Below, piece by piece: positions 9,698 to 19,308 of a stretch of 36,996 nt of DNA. Both the position numbers and the translations under genes were made by a program. Where the stretch lies: positions 1 to 36,996 of IMG/VR virus record IMGVR_UViG_3300034091_000019; one strand, given 5' to 3'. The notes beneath the pieces are model-generated. The model worked only from the letters and a program-made list of their open reading frames with translations, made no database searches and was not told where the DNA came from. Numbering within the stretch: position 1 is the first letter of the stretch; each line of letters begins with the position of its first letter. The DNA comes from a virus. Taxonomy: Duplodnaviria; Caudoviricetes.

Positions 9698-10306
9698 TTA
9701 CCCGTAGAATCCATGATAAGCTGTACCTAGAAATTCAGGCGAATCGCTTATAGCCGTCCAAGTTACACCGTAATCAGTAGATTGCAGGAAATTACTTTGG
9801 CCAGCACCGCGCCCGACCACAACACCTGTTGCAGCATCCACAACCATTTGCTGAATAACGAATGCCGGATAACTCACTATTGACCAGGTATTCCCATAAT
9901 TCGTTGATTTAGCCATGACCGGGACACCGTTTATCGAACCTCCCATAAGGAAACAGTCATGTACACCACCATTATTTGTGGCTATAGGACTTCCCCAATA
10001 CCAGTTTATACTTGCGGCAAGCACACCTTGGAAAACCGCGCATTGCCAGGGAAATTCCGCAGGCGGAGCAACAGAAGTCGGCGGAGGAACCCAAGGCGTG
10101 TTGTCAACAGTCAAAGGCGGAGGCGCATTTGAAGGTTTATAATCCACAGGCGTAATAATCTGGATGCCTATGAATTGGCTACCAACAGTTACTTTAACAA
10201 TCGTTCCTGGAGTGCCAAACTGTTGTTGGACTACTCCCGCGACGAAAGCTAGAAGTTGTTCACCTGTTGTAACCCCGGCTGGTATGGCAATAGTATTATC
10301 AGCCAT
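9698..10306 (-). CDS. Tail protein with Asp-box/BNR-like motifs
   Basis: KSTNYGNTW and QSTDYGVTW fit S-x-[DN]-x-G-x-T-W; AGGAG RBS. Confidence 0.65.
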   Translation of the reverse strand: MADNTIAIPAGVTTGEQLLAFVAGVVQQQFGTPGTIVKVTVGSQFIGIQIITPVDYKPSNAPPPLTVDNTPWVPPPTSVAPPAEFPWQCAVFQGVLAASINWYWGSPIATNNGGVHDCFLMGGSINGVPVMAKSTNYGNTWSIVSYPAFVIQQMVVDAATGVVVGRGAGQSNFLQSTDYGVTWTAISDSPEFLGTAYHGFYG

Positions 10307-10315
10307 TCACAACTC

Positions 10316-11338
10316 CTAAGTCGAACTCACATATCCGATTCCAGTAACATTAACCACGTTGTTCGGGTAATTTATCGGATTTGTCGGAACCGTAACCGTA
10401 TCCTCAACCCATATACGGGTTGCCGCATTGGTAGTGATTGCAGAGGGTTGAATAACCGGCGCGAAAGTACCTGGTGAACCGGATACATCCGGCGCGAATT
10501 GTAGGCTTCCGATAGTGTAAAGAGTGCATGACGCCGCTGTTGCATCCGTATAACTGAGATTTGAGATTGTCACGGTTGTTGTAGTGTTTGCCGTGACAAC
10601 CCCTTGGTAATTACCGTTATGGACACATGCGCGTCCTATCAATGCCCCTGCTACAAGTCCGGTGAAGCCGGAACCCACGCCAGAGGCAAATGTGATTCCG
10701 GTTTGAGTAAGGCTGTACTGAGCTTGGCTGTTGTCTTGGCATTGGACAAAAAGAGTGTCGTAAGTGTTCATCGAGCCATCAGCGTTTGTCGCACGGGCAA
10801 GATAGAAACTTGACTGCGTATTCTTAACCGTTCCGGTTGTGCCGCCAAAACTCAAAGCTAAATCGCTTGTGGCCGTCATGTGAAGATTCTGGCTAGTCGT
10901 AGGCGCCGTGTTCATCGTAACGACATTGGTTGTCAGATTTACCGAGTAAGCCGTAGTAGGCTGTATCACGTAATTGCTGATGATACAGGTTGAGGCCGTT
11001 GCGTAAGTGTAGGAACTGTTCGAGATTGTTACCGTTGTCGCGGTATTTGATACCACAGTCCCTTGGAAAGTCCCATTTAGAATAACTCTTTGGCCTATTA
11101 GCCCGTTGACAGTCAGTCCGGAGAAACCGGAAAGCACCCCACTTGCCGCTGTTATGCCAGTGAATGTAGCAAAAGTTTCAACATAGACCGCTTGGAGTTG
11201 CGCACCTGAGAAGGAAGCCACCCCCGCAGGAAGATTAGAGCCGAGAGTGAAAGCAACTTGGCTACCCGTCCCGGCAAAAACCTGATTGACAAACATTTGT
11301 TCAGTAAGACCAGCATCCAGATAAAGATTCAGAGCCAT
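10316..11338 (-). CDS. Thr-rich tail/fibre protein with an internal domain duplication
   Basis: Two ~60-aa copies of GITxASGxxSGFxGL...LIG...NGxxQGxVxxNTxTTVTISNxSYT; AAGGAG RBS. Confidence 0.65.
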   Translation of the reverse strand: MALNLYLDAGLTEQMFVNQVFAGTGSQVAFTLGSNLPAGVASFSGAQLQAVYVETFATFTGITAASGVLSGFSGLTVNGLIGQRVILNGTFQGTVVSNTATTVTISNSSYTYATASTCIISNYVIQPTTAYSVNLTTNVVTMNTAPTTSQNLHMTATSDLALSFGGTTGTVKNTQSSFYLARATNADGSMNTYDTLFVQCQDNSQAQYSLTQTGITFASGVGSGFTGLVAGALIGRACVHNGNYQGVVTANTTTTVTISNLSYTDATAASCTLYTIGSLQFAPDVSGSPGTFAPVIQPSAITTNAATRIWVEDTVTVPTNPINYPNNVVNVTGIGYVSST

Positions 11339-11350
11339 TTTATTCTCCTT

Positions 11351-13387
11351 TCATATGTCGAACATGAAGAGTGGTGTTTCGTAATGTTGTAAAGCCTGAA
11401 GAGTTACCACAGGCACGGAATTTTCTATTTCAACAGATAAAATCCTTTGCTCTAACCGATATCCCCATACTGAGGTATAACCAAGTTGAACAGTATTAGG
11501 TTGACCGTCTAACCTTGTCAGTGTGAATGTGTAAACCTGGATACTTGATAAAGGATCTATATAAGACCCGAAATTCGTTGCTGAATATGTGTTCCCGGCG
11601 TTTATTAAAGCCATAATAGCCAAAACAGCCGTTGCAGCAGGCGTCGGAGTTGCTACCGTGCCACCCATTGTAAAAACAAGCTGATTGTCGATATAGAAAA
11701 GGTCTCCCGGCGTATAACCGGTTTTAGCATCATTTGTTGCCCTTGCGCCATCATTGGAGAACCTCACCCGGCATGACGCCCCTGAATAAGTGTCTGTGTT
11801 CCAAGTATTCTGCGTAAGAGGCGGTTTGACCGCAAGCAAGAGATTACTGCTATCGCCTATTCCCGGTTCCCATATCTGCATATCGCCAATATTCGCATCA
11901 AAACGGACCCCGGGAGCAGCAGCCGTAATAGTTAATCCTACTCCGTTGACGCCAGTCCAACTATAACCAGGGAAGCCAACAGGAGCACTATTGGTAAGCC
12001 AAAGTAATATAGCTTGACAAAAAACGTTCGCATCTGTACCCCCATTATAAAAGTTTTGAGAGAGAGAAATGCCGGTTACAATCGGATATTCGTTGCCTTG
12101 AGAATCAATTAGGACAAATCCTTGTTGAAACACGAAAGCCGTCATTATCGGCAGATAAGGGCTTGCAAACGTGCCTGTATCATTTATACAGCCGCAAGCC
12201 TCAACCCGGTTGTTTGTTATCCCACCGGCCAAGGGAATTGTTGCAACGAACCCCTGTAAAACCGTGTCGATAGAAGAAGGGTTGAGAGTAAAAGATTGAA
12301 CAAGCGAATAGTCTGATTTCTTACGCTGATCTACTATAAGGCTCATTCCCGGAAAGATGTAAGTGTCAGCACCCGTAGGATCGTAATAGCTTGAAAATCC
12401 CATATTCCAATCTGTAGCCGTATTTATAGCCATCCTTACAACATAGTAATATTGCGATTTCTCCGAAGTGAAGATATCAAACATATTGTCAAGATAGAGA
12501 GACCCGGCAGTTGGAGTGCCTTTTGTCGTTGTCGGCGGGTTTGTACGGCTACCAACCGGAAGCGCCGGGATAGGTAAAGCCTCTACTGTGAGAGTATTTG
12601 ACGATTCCGCTATAAGATAAAGTGTCCCTGAATAGGTTGAGGTATTATGATAATAAATCACCATGTTTGTTTGAGTATCAGAGACAATCAATCTCCTAAA
12701 AAATATACCCGGAAGATTGAAACTTGATCCGGCGAAAGGAGCCACTACAAGCATTGTAGACGCCGTTGCATCAGGTGTAAGCTCATAAAGAACTGTTTGT
12801 GACAGGCTTACAAGGCATATTTTAGCGTTAATGGCTGTATCGTTTATATTAATACCACCACCCGTTAGAAAATAAGTCATTAAGAACCATTGGTTTTCTG
12901 TGACTGTATTGTAATATTGTTTAAAACCCTCCCATACCAGAGCCTGTAAAGGAGATGTATAACTTAAAATCGGGTTATTGAAAGTAATCGTCTGTAAAGG
13001 TGTCGATTGTCCTGTCAAGTAACTTTGAATCTCGTTGTAGAGTGGTACTGCAATACCCAACGGCCACGGCGTAACACTGTTAGGCGATATCGGGTAAAAG
13101 GTAGGCAAAGAGGGCAGAAGACCACCCGCAATATTCCAATTTGAGGGAGTTGCAGCCGTGAATAAGGAATAGTATGTTTGTGAGGTATTATTAGAACTGA
13201 ATAGCGCATAGTTGTATATCTGCATGATGATCTTGATATCATCCTGTTTGAAAAGCATGATTGCAGGGCCAACGACAACCGTTTTAGGAAAGGCGTTAAA
13301 AAGCTCATATTGGTGATAGAAGCTCTTAGCCTGACCTATATAATCGGTTGCGCCTTGCCCTGCCAATGTCAGTTTAGGGTTGCTCAT
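11351..13387 (-). CDS. Large tail/receptor-binding-like protein
   Basis: Long aromatic/Thr-rich ORF; start moved to MSNPKL (13387) to remove the overlap with the upstream gene. Confidence 0.6.
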   Translation of the reverse strand: MSNPKLTLAGQGATDYIGQAKSFYHQYELFNAFPKTVVVGPAIMLFKQDDIKIIMQIYNYALFSSNNTSQTYYSLFTAATPSNWNIAGGLLPSLPTFYPISPNSVTPWPLGIAVPLYNEIQSYLTGQSTPLQTITFNNPILSYTSPLQALVWEGFKQYYNTVTENQWFLMTYFLTGGGININDTAINAKICLVSLSQTVLYELTPDATASTMLVVAPFAGSSFNLPGIFFRRLIVSDTQTNMVIYYHNTSTYSGTLYLIAESSNTLTVEALPIPALPVGSRTNPPTTTKGTPTAGSLYLDNMFDIFTSEKSQYYYVVRMAINTATDWNMGFSSYYDPTGADTYIFPGMSLIVDQRKKSDYSLVQSFTLNPSSIDTVLQGFVATIPLAGGITNNRVEACGCINDTGTFASPYLPIMTAFVFQQGFVLIDSQGNEYPIVTGISLSQNFYNGGTDANVFCQAILLWLTNSAPVGFPGYSWTGVNGVGLTITAAAPGVRFDANIGDMQIWEPGIGDSSNLLLAVKPPLTQNTWNTDTYSGASCRVRFSNDGARATNDAKTGYTPGDLFYIDNQLVFTMGGTVATPTPAATAVLAIMALINAGNTYSATNFGSYIDPLSSIQVYTFTLTRLDGQPNTVQLGYTSVWGYRLEQRILSVEIENSVPVVTLQALQHYETPLFMFDI

Positions 13388-13403
13388 TTCTGAATCCCGG
13401 TTG

Positions 13404-13742
13404 TTACAGCCTTGCTTTCCCCTTAATATCCAACTCAGGGAGGTTGATGTTAGCCGCGCCTGTGGCAAAGATCGGCTGCACCGATGCCGTCATTATACCA
13501 TATTCGTTATAGGTCAGCACGATGCAGTTAGACGGCGGCGTCACGGTATAAGTGCCAGCAGTCGGGCCGGTGAACGACAACCCAAGGTTGATATAACCCA
13601 TTCCGCTTGACGAGTGGATGAAAGAGTTAAACTGTAAATCCAATTCCCCATTGGTAAAGAGGGAAGCTATCTGAATATCTTCATCGGCAAAACAAGGGAT
13701 TGCCAAGGAGAATAAGAATATAGCAAGGATTATTCGTTTCAT
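13404..13742 (-). CDS. Small protein with a Sec signal peptide
   Basis: MKRIILAIFLFSLAIPCFA-DE; GAGGTG RBS before ATG 13742. Confidence 0.7.
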   Translation of the reverse strand: MKRIILAIFLFSLAIPCFADEDIQIASLFTNGELDLQFNSFIHSSSGMGYINLGLSFTGPTAGTYTVTPPSNCIVLTYNEYGIMTASVQPIFATGAANINLPELDIKGKARL

Positions 13743-13751
13743 TGCCACCTC

Positions 13752-14249
13752 TTAGTTTCCGCAACTTGAATATCCAAGTTGAATTATAGATGGATGCAAC
13801 CCCATGCCAAATACCGCACCACTAGTATTTGGTAAGACAGGATAAGCCACCCATGACGCAGCAGTTGTGCTAGCCATCGGACGAACAATGCAGTTTGAAT
13901 TTGTGCCATTGAACCGGAGGCTAAAATAAAGTAGTCTGTTAGAAGCACCACCCTGAATTGGATATAGTGCCTGGATTGTGGACAGCGTTAAGGTATGCTT
14001 ATTATTGTCAGGAATAAGTTGCGTGAAATATGGATTAGGCGTTTCTGCCTGAGTCCTTGTGTAATTTGAATCTTGCGGTAACTGATTGGTGAAACTGATT
14101 ATTGAACTTGCCGCATAACAAATATCTCCATTTGGGATACATACTCCATTACAAAGATATTTACTAACAGAACAAATAATATCACAATTAGCAATCGGAT
14201 TGAGATACCAGAACACAATAAAAGCAATAGCTATAAGTAACTTTTTCAT
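13752..14249 (-). CDS. Signal-peptide protein with a Cys-rich N-terminal segment
   Basis: MKKLLIAIAFIVFWYLNPIANC followed by four more Cys within about 25 aa; AAGGAG RBS. Confidence 0.7.
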   Translation of the reverse strand: MKKLLIAIAFIVFWYLNPIANCDIICSVSKYLCNGVCIPNGDICYAASSIISFTNQLPQDSNYTRTQAETPNPYFTQLIPDNNKHTLTLSTIQALYPIQGGASNRLLYFSLRFNGTNSNCIVRPMASTTAASWVAYPVLPNTSGAVFGMGLHPSIIQLGYSSCGN

Positions 14250-15286
14250 TATAAGCTCCTTTGATATTTGTTGTAAGGCACGCCCGGTTGTTGCATCGAA
14301 CAGATATAATGAACCTCTCCATCCTGTTCACGGACAATAGCAGTACCTATTTGACCGGGAGGGAATGAAACTGTGTCCTGAGTCTCGTTGATAAAGAATC
14401 CGGCATTGCCACCTATGCAAACGCCTCTTGCCGAAGTCCATTGTTGAAAGTTGCCGGGCTTTTTCAAGATAGTGCGCTCACCTTTAACCGGATACTGAGT
14501 ACCTATGACTACTCCATAAGGAGCAACACTTCTTTGAACTTCAAAGCCACCATCAACAACAGCATCTTTGCCTAAGAGAAAGAACGTCTCTAACGTAGTG
14601 CCAACGAAAAGGCCGTCATCGACACGCGCCAACATTGTGCCTTCACCGTCAAATTCAGCTACGATATTTTGCCGTGTATCCATGCTTTCCAACCATCCGG
14701 GAGTATCTAGAGAATCAGAACAAACCAGAGCGCAAGGCTTACCCAAGTAATTATCAACAAGCGCATAAAGGCGTCCATTGTAAAATTCCATGAGCTTCCC
14801 GGCTACCATCCGTTCTTTATAGGAAGGGATGTATGAGCCAAGTTGATTTTGAACAGTTGGAGAAGGGTAAAACGGCGGAGTATCTTGAAGATTCTCAATT
14901 ACTCCAAATTGAATACCGTTGCTGTAAACCACAACATCGTTGCATTGAACGAATCGAACCTTCAGGCCTGGAATGAGATTGTATTTGACAACTGTTATAG
15001 TCCCGTACTGATCTATATGATTTAACAAAGGCCCGTTTGTGAAATATGCATCCGTTAAATTGTATTCGTATGGATCACTCCAGCCTGAGTCAAGACCGGA
15101 AGCGGCAAGAACAGTTTGTTGACCGACACGGAGTCTTTTAACAGTCCCAGGGTCAATGTTTGCCATATAAACAGCTTGATCATAGGCACCATTCATGAAG
15201 TGTTGACCCACTTCATAAGGATCATCCACATTGTTCATGGTATCAGGTGAAAATGTAGCTGTTTGATATTCTTTCGGCATTACCAA
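14249..15286 (-). CDS. Tail stabilisation/nozzle-like protein
   Basis: MNNVDD, FYNGRLY, VDDGLFVGT...FFLLG beta-propeller-like motifs; follows the adaptor gene. Confidence 0.6.
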   Translation of the reverse strand: MVMPKEYQTATFSPDTMNNVDDPYEVGQHFMNGAYDQAVYMANIDPGTVKRLRVGQQTVLAASGLDSGWSDPYEYNLTDAYFTNGPLLNHIDQYGTITVVKYNLIPGLKVRFVQCNDVVVYSNGIQFGVIENLQDTPPFYPSPTVQNQLGSYIPSYKERMVAGKLMEFYNGRLYALVDNYLGKPCALVCSDSLDTPGWLESMDTRQNIVAEFDGEGTMLARVDDGLFVGTTLETFFLLGKDAVVDGGFEVQRSVAPYGVVIGTQYPVKGERTILKKPGNFQQWTSARGVCIGGNAGFFINETQDTVSFPPGQIGTAIVREQDGEVHYICSMQQPGVPYNKYQRSL

Positions 15287-16077
15287 CCTCTATGACCGAA
15301 ACCATCATGCCACCAATGCCGCCCTTCATCCCATCCTTCAGGTCTACAAGTTATGTCATCAGGGGACATTACGGCTTTATCCCGTTGGATTTGCCTTATA
15401 TCTTCTTCAAATTGGTTTTTCCACCTAGATTCTTTTATAGGATCATGAGTTTCACTGTCTTCTCTCTTGAAACCCTTAGAATATGCGTATTTAAGCGCAC
15501 CATGAATAAGTGCAAGGTTATATTCTTTAATTTCAGGCTCATTTTCAGGCTCTTTAGCAGTCAAGTTTACTAAAGGAAGCCTAATAACTCCTATTTGAAC
15601 TGTCCCACCCCAAAGGGGAACATGGTCAAAAGTCAGTGATTTATACTGGAAATCCGTCATAAACCGTTCTACACGTCCTATGCGGCCTATCCATCCACGT
15701 TCAAAACCCCATTCAGAGCGGCTATGATCATTCATTTTGGCGGTTGAAGTGCGGGTTAACTGGTAATTATGTAGATGTCTTTCGTTAAAAACTTGATTAT
15801 CGAAATGAGGGAATAAAACAAACTCAACTCTTAGTACCTTGCTATTGAGTGGGATAGTTTGCGGGAGTTTTCCGGTTGCAGGATCAATAGCAAGGTTAAG
15901 AAAGCATATTTCGTTTGTTGTCGAGTCAGTAAGAAGTAGACAGCGTTCCGCAATTTCCCGTTGTGATTGATTGAGAGCACGGGCAATAGTCCGGTCACTC
16001 CAGAGAGGATTTTGTCTCTCTGTATCATCAAGGAAATCTTCGCGGATCTCTTCTGTCAATTCTTTAACTGTGCTCAT
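15280..16077 (-). CDS. Head-tail adaptor/connector protein
   Basis: TVKEL...R...LDD...LWSD...ALNQSQREIAER and ALIHGALKYAYSK...DSET.D motifs. Confidence 0.75.
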   Translation of the reverse strand: MSTVKELTEEIREDFLDDTERQNPLWSDRTIARALNQSQREIAERCLLLTDSTTNEICFLNLAIDPATGKLPQTIPLNSKVLRVEFVLFPHFDNQVFNERHLHNYQLTRTSTAKMNDHSRSEWGFERGWIGRIGRVERFMTDFQYKSLTFDHVPLWGGTVQIGVIRLPLVNLTAKEPENEPEIKEYNLALIHGALKYAYSKGFKREDSETHDPIKESRWKNQFEEDIRQIQRDKAVMSPDDITCRPEGWDEGRHWWHDGFGHRGW

Positions 16078-16628
16078 TTTTTAAGTGCCTGTAATTCCGG
16101 GGAGTCCTTGACTTCTGTAAAAGCTGCATCACGTTCAGAGGCGCTTACATCAAATCCGCAAACGCCTGATAACCCTTTGCCGTCTCTTGAGTTTCCGACA
16201 ATCGGTATTCCTTGCTGGGTGAAGTCTTCAGGTTTCCCGGCTAAGATGATATTCAGCATGGCTCGTTTGATAAGACCATATCGCTGTTCTGGCAGCATTT
16301 CGGGAGTAGAATCGGGTCTTGATTCCGGTAAAATTGCCGGAGCAGGGGTGTCGTCATCATAAACGCCTGCCTGGATCCTCTGAAGTTGTGCTTCTGTAAT
16401 CGCCCCTTTCCCCAAGGCTTCCTTAACGAAAAGTTGAGGAATTTCACGGGGGAAAAGAAGCTCTCCTTTTTTGTTCTTCATCCCGGCAGGTCCAATTACC
16501 ACCGTATGCCCACCATGAACCGTGGTGCAACGGATATAGGGTTGACCGGGAAGAGTACAAAACTTGTCTTTACTCATTTTTGTCATATCCGGTACTTCTG
16601 TTATGAGTCCTATCGGTCCATCAGCCAT
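16074..16628 (-). CDS. Conserved head-module protein
   Basis: C-terminal EDFTQQGIP...LSGVCGFDVSASERDAAF motif seen after capsid genes; GGAGG RBS. Confidence 0.6.
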   Translation of the reverse strand: MADGPIGLITEVPDMTKMSKDKFCTLPGQPYIRCTTVHGGHTVVIGPAGMKNKKGELLFPREIPQLFVKEALGKGAITEAQLQRIQAGVYDDDTPAPAILPESRPDSTPEMLPEQRYGLIKRAMLNIILAGKPEDFTQQGIPIVGNSRDGKGLSGVCGFDVSASERDAAFTEVKDSPELQALKK

Positions 16629-16664
16629 TTTACTATCCTCCTAGAATGATTTATGGTGCTTCCT

Positions 16665-16694
16665 AAAGCCGTCAAGCCAAGACTTAACGGCTTT
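16665..16694. terminator. Stem-loop, possible terminator
   Basis: AAAGCCGT-CAAG...CTTA-ACGGCTTT inverted repeat in an intergenic gap. Confidence 0.5.
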
Positions 16695-16711
16695 TAGAAT
16701 CACATAAAATG

Positions 16712-17149
16712 TTACGGTGCAATCGGATCGCTGAGGGTGTAATACTCATCAGAGAGGTTCGGCAAGAAGTATTCAATAATCAAATATCCTATGCCGGTTG
16801 TAGGCGTGCCGCTGCCCGGAGTCCATGTAAGACCGATTGTCTGCATGGCAAGAGTTGAAATCTGCTTGCCATTATCGGTAAGAGCCGTGTATCCGAGTGC
16901 TTGTCCATTGATACTAGTCTTATACTGGTTAGGAGTAGCGGAACTATCCTCGATAACGAAAGTATCCGAACTTGTGGAGTTGAAAACCTGTGTGATCATC
17001 AATCCGCCGCCGAGGATAACAGCTTGAGGCGGAATATCAGTCACGCCGAAGAAAGCACCGGAACCCGCAGCAATTACGTCAAGATAGTTAAACTCAACAA
17101 CCTTGGTACGTTTGAATTGGATTCCACCATCACCTTTATTGAAACTCAT
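16712..17149 (-). CDS. Capsid decoration/cement-like protein
   Basis: IPPQAVILGGGLMITQVFNS...TPTTGIGYLIIEY pattern; close to the MCP gene. Confidence 0.65.
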   Translation of the reverse strand: MSFNKGDGGIQFKRTKVVEFNYLDVIAAGSGAFFGVTDIPPQAVILGGGLMITQVFNSTSSDTFVIEDSSATPNQYKTSINGQALGYTALTDNGKQISTLAMQTIGLTWTPGSGTPTTGIGYLIIEYFLPNLSDEYYTLSDPIAP

Positions 17150-17191
17150 TGTTTATACCTCCGTGAAAGTTATTTGTTAATCAGTTAGATG

Positions 17192-17641
17192 TTAGTTGCC
17201 TAGGCTCATCCACACCGAGACTTCCCCCGCTGTCTTTGTCCAGCTAAACTCCACATACGGGGAGGCATCAGTCCAGGTAAGAATTGCATTGGAAGTCGTG
17301 GAAACCGCACCTCCAATGGCGGTTGTGTACAGACCTGTACAGGCTTGGAAAGGTCCACCGGCATTAATGGCACAAAGTGCCCCCAGTGTACCGCTCAATG
17401 TAGTATTGGAATGACCGGAAACGGCGATACCTTGAACTTGAGCCGTCTTGACCCGGTAAAAACCAGTGGATATAACCGGGGAAGTAACCGCTGTGCCGTT
17501 TGCTGCGCTGTAATTGGAAAAAATAGTCGTTCCAACAACAGCAGCCGGATTGCCATTATAGCCATAGTTGCTATCGGCCTGTGAAAAACTAGCAAGCGCA
17601 ATCAAACCGAGAATTACGAATGCTGTGATTATGGATTTCAT
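17192..17641 (-). CDS. Signal-peptide, beta-rich protein immediately after the MCP gene
   Basis: GGAGG RBS before ATG 17641; MKSIITAFVILGLIALASFSQA-DS. Confidence 0.75.
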   Translation of the reverse strand: MKSIITAFVILGLIALASFSQADSNYGYNGNPAAVVGTTIFSNYSAANGTAVTSPVISTGFYRVKTAQVQGIAVSGHSNTTLSGTLGALCAINAGGPFQACTGLYTTAIGGAVSTTSNAILTWTDASPYVEFSWTKTAGEVSVWMSLGN

Positions 17642-17665
17642 TGTTACCTCCATGAAAAAGTGATA

Positions 17666-17702
17666 GACGAGAGCCGGGAGCTTTCACCCCGGGCTAGCCG
17701 TC
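17666..17702 (-). terminator. Stem-loop after the major capsid gene
   Basis: GACG...AGCCGGG-AGCTTTCAC-CCCGGGCT...CGTC imperfect hairpin. Confidence 0.45.
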
Positions 17703-17711
17703 GAGTTGATG

Positions 17712-18896
17712 TTAAATGAGACCGGTTACGCCGAGTGCGCCACCGCCGATGGTGTAGTGATCGAACGCGATAACGGAGAAGTCCTGATTACTTACATCCG
17801 TGGTCGAGTAGTACACCGGTTTTTTCAGACCAAACATTTTGCTGAGGAAAACGGCGGGATGTTGATTGTACTGGAAACGTTTTTCAACCCATTCCCAATC
17901 TTCCAAGTCGGCAATGCCAAGTGACTGAGCGCCGAGAAGAAGAGATCTGGCACCATCAACAAGGCCACCGGAACCCCACTTAGAACCATTGGCCGCGCCG
18001 GTTGTAGTGTAAACAAAGTCGGTTTCGTAGATAACTAGACCGTCTACACGGACATTGGCACCGGTAAACCACGGGTTTTCGTCTCCACGCACACCGGCCT
18101 GGATGATAGCTCTCTGGAACTCAGGGTCAAGTTTCAGCATTGCAAGGGCAAAAGGTGTGGTCATAAGGATATACCACTCTTTGCCACCCTGCATAAGCGG
18201 TTTCACCCTATGGGTACGAGCATAGGCTTTCAGGTTGACAAGGGCTTGGTAACTGAAGGTTGCCGGATTTTGTGTGATTGAGGCGGTATTACCCGGAACG
18301 AGTTGAAGCCCGACCGGGTCCCACATAAGATGCCGCATCGAGGAAGGGGCGGTTACATCCTGAGCGAAAGTGAGCGTTTGGAAAGTCGTATCGACAATAT
18401 AGTTGCCGGACTTGTCGTATTCGCCACGCAGGGTGCCGTTCAGGTTGTAGGCATAGGAAATGCCGGAAAGAGTAAGCATTACGAGTTGGTCAAGACGGTC
18501 GGCGCCCCAATCAGTACCCGCGATTTTTGCTTCTTCCCGGAAGTCGGCAACTTCGGTCTGTGCAACCAATTTGCCTTTGTGCTTGAAACTGTTGGCAATG
18601 CCGTCAATTCGGATTTTCTGATCACTTTTTTGCAGTTCGTATTCATTCCCTTCGAGATTGCCAGCCGAAGAGAGGACCATACCGTCATTGGTAACACGGT
18701 TAACTAACTGCATCAAGCATTCAGTACCGCCGCCGAGCATCTTCTTGATATCCGTGATATGCTCAATCGGGAAACCGGTTCCTTTGCCTCCGAAACGGGG
18801 GAGTATCCAACTCTTCCGTTCCCATTCATGGCGTGTTTCTTTCTGCCAAACTTTAATATTGTCGGGTGACAGAAACCCGAAATTTGTGTAACCCAT
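17712..18896 (-). CDS. Major capsid protein, N4-gp56/DUF4043-type HK97 fold
   Basis: TNFG...W, LEGNE, IRID, DW.ADRLDQL...TLSG, AGVRGDENP.FTG, ARSLLLGAQSLG and GLKKP...DFSVI motifs; GGAGG RBS. Confidence 0.93.
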   Translation of the reverse strand: MGYTNFGFLSPDNIKVWQKETRHEWERKSWILPRFGGKGTGFPIEHITDIKKMLGGGTECLMQLVNRVTNDGMVLSSAGNLEGNEYELQKSDQKIRIDGIANSFKHKGKLVAQTEVADFREEAKIAGTDWGADRLDQLVMLTLSGISYAYNLNGTLRGEYDKSGNYIVDTTFQTLTFAQDVTAPSSMRHLMWDPVGLQLVPGNTASITQNPATFSYQALVNLKAYARTHRVKPLMQGGKEWYILMTTPFALAMLKLDPEFQRAIIQAGVRGDENPWFTGANVRVDGLVIYETDFVYTTTGAANGSKWGSGGLVDGARSLLLGAQSLGIADLEDWEWVEKRFQYNQHPAVFLSKMFGLKKPVYYSTTDVSNQDFSVIAFDHYTIGGGALGVTGLI

Positions 18897-19037
18897 AAAA
18901 TTTACCTCCGTTAGTAGTGTCGTTTCAAATTACTTTTGATTTGCACCTGATTTACGCCATGTGCATTGGCGGAAACGTTCACATTACGGTGGTAACGGTT
19001 TCACCGGGAAGTTTTGCGCCATCCAAGGCGGATACTG

Positions 19038-19274
19038 CTAAGAATTGCAGGACTTGTGGTAAGCATATCCTGGTTGTTTATTGAGGAACCCTTCATGCGT
19101 TTCAAGAAGTGATTCAGCCAACTCAAGGCGCTGAGTCAATTCTTGAATCTCCGCATCATAAGCAGGCGGAGGAAGTGGCGGAGATGCTTCCGGCTCATCC
19201 TGTGCAGGCGCTTGGGTTTCTTCTTGCTCTGGATCGGTATTAACCGCAGGGTCTTTCTGAGTTTCATCGGACAT
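19038..19274 (-). CDS. Small acidic/Pro-rich protein
   Basis: AAGGAG RBS; between scaffold and MCP genes. Confidence 0.65.
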   Translation of the reverse strand: MSDETQKDPAVNTDPEQEETQAPAQDEPEASPPLPPPAYDAEIQELTQRLELAESLLETHEGFLNKQPGYAYHKSCNS

Positions 19275-19308
19275 TGGTTTTCTCCTTTACAGATATAATT
19301 GTGCGGTA

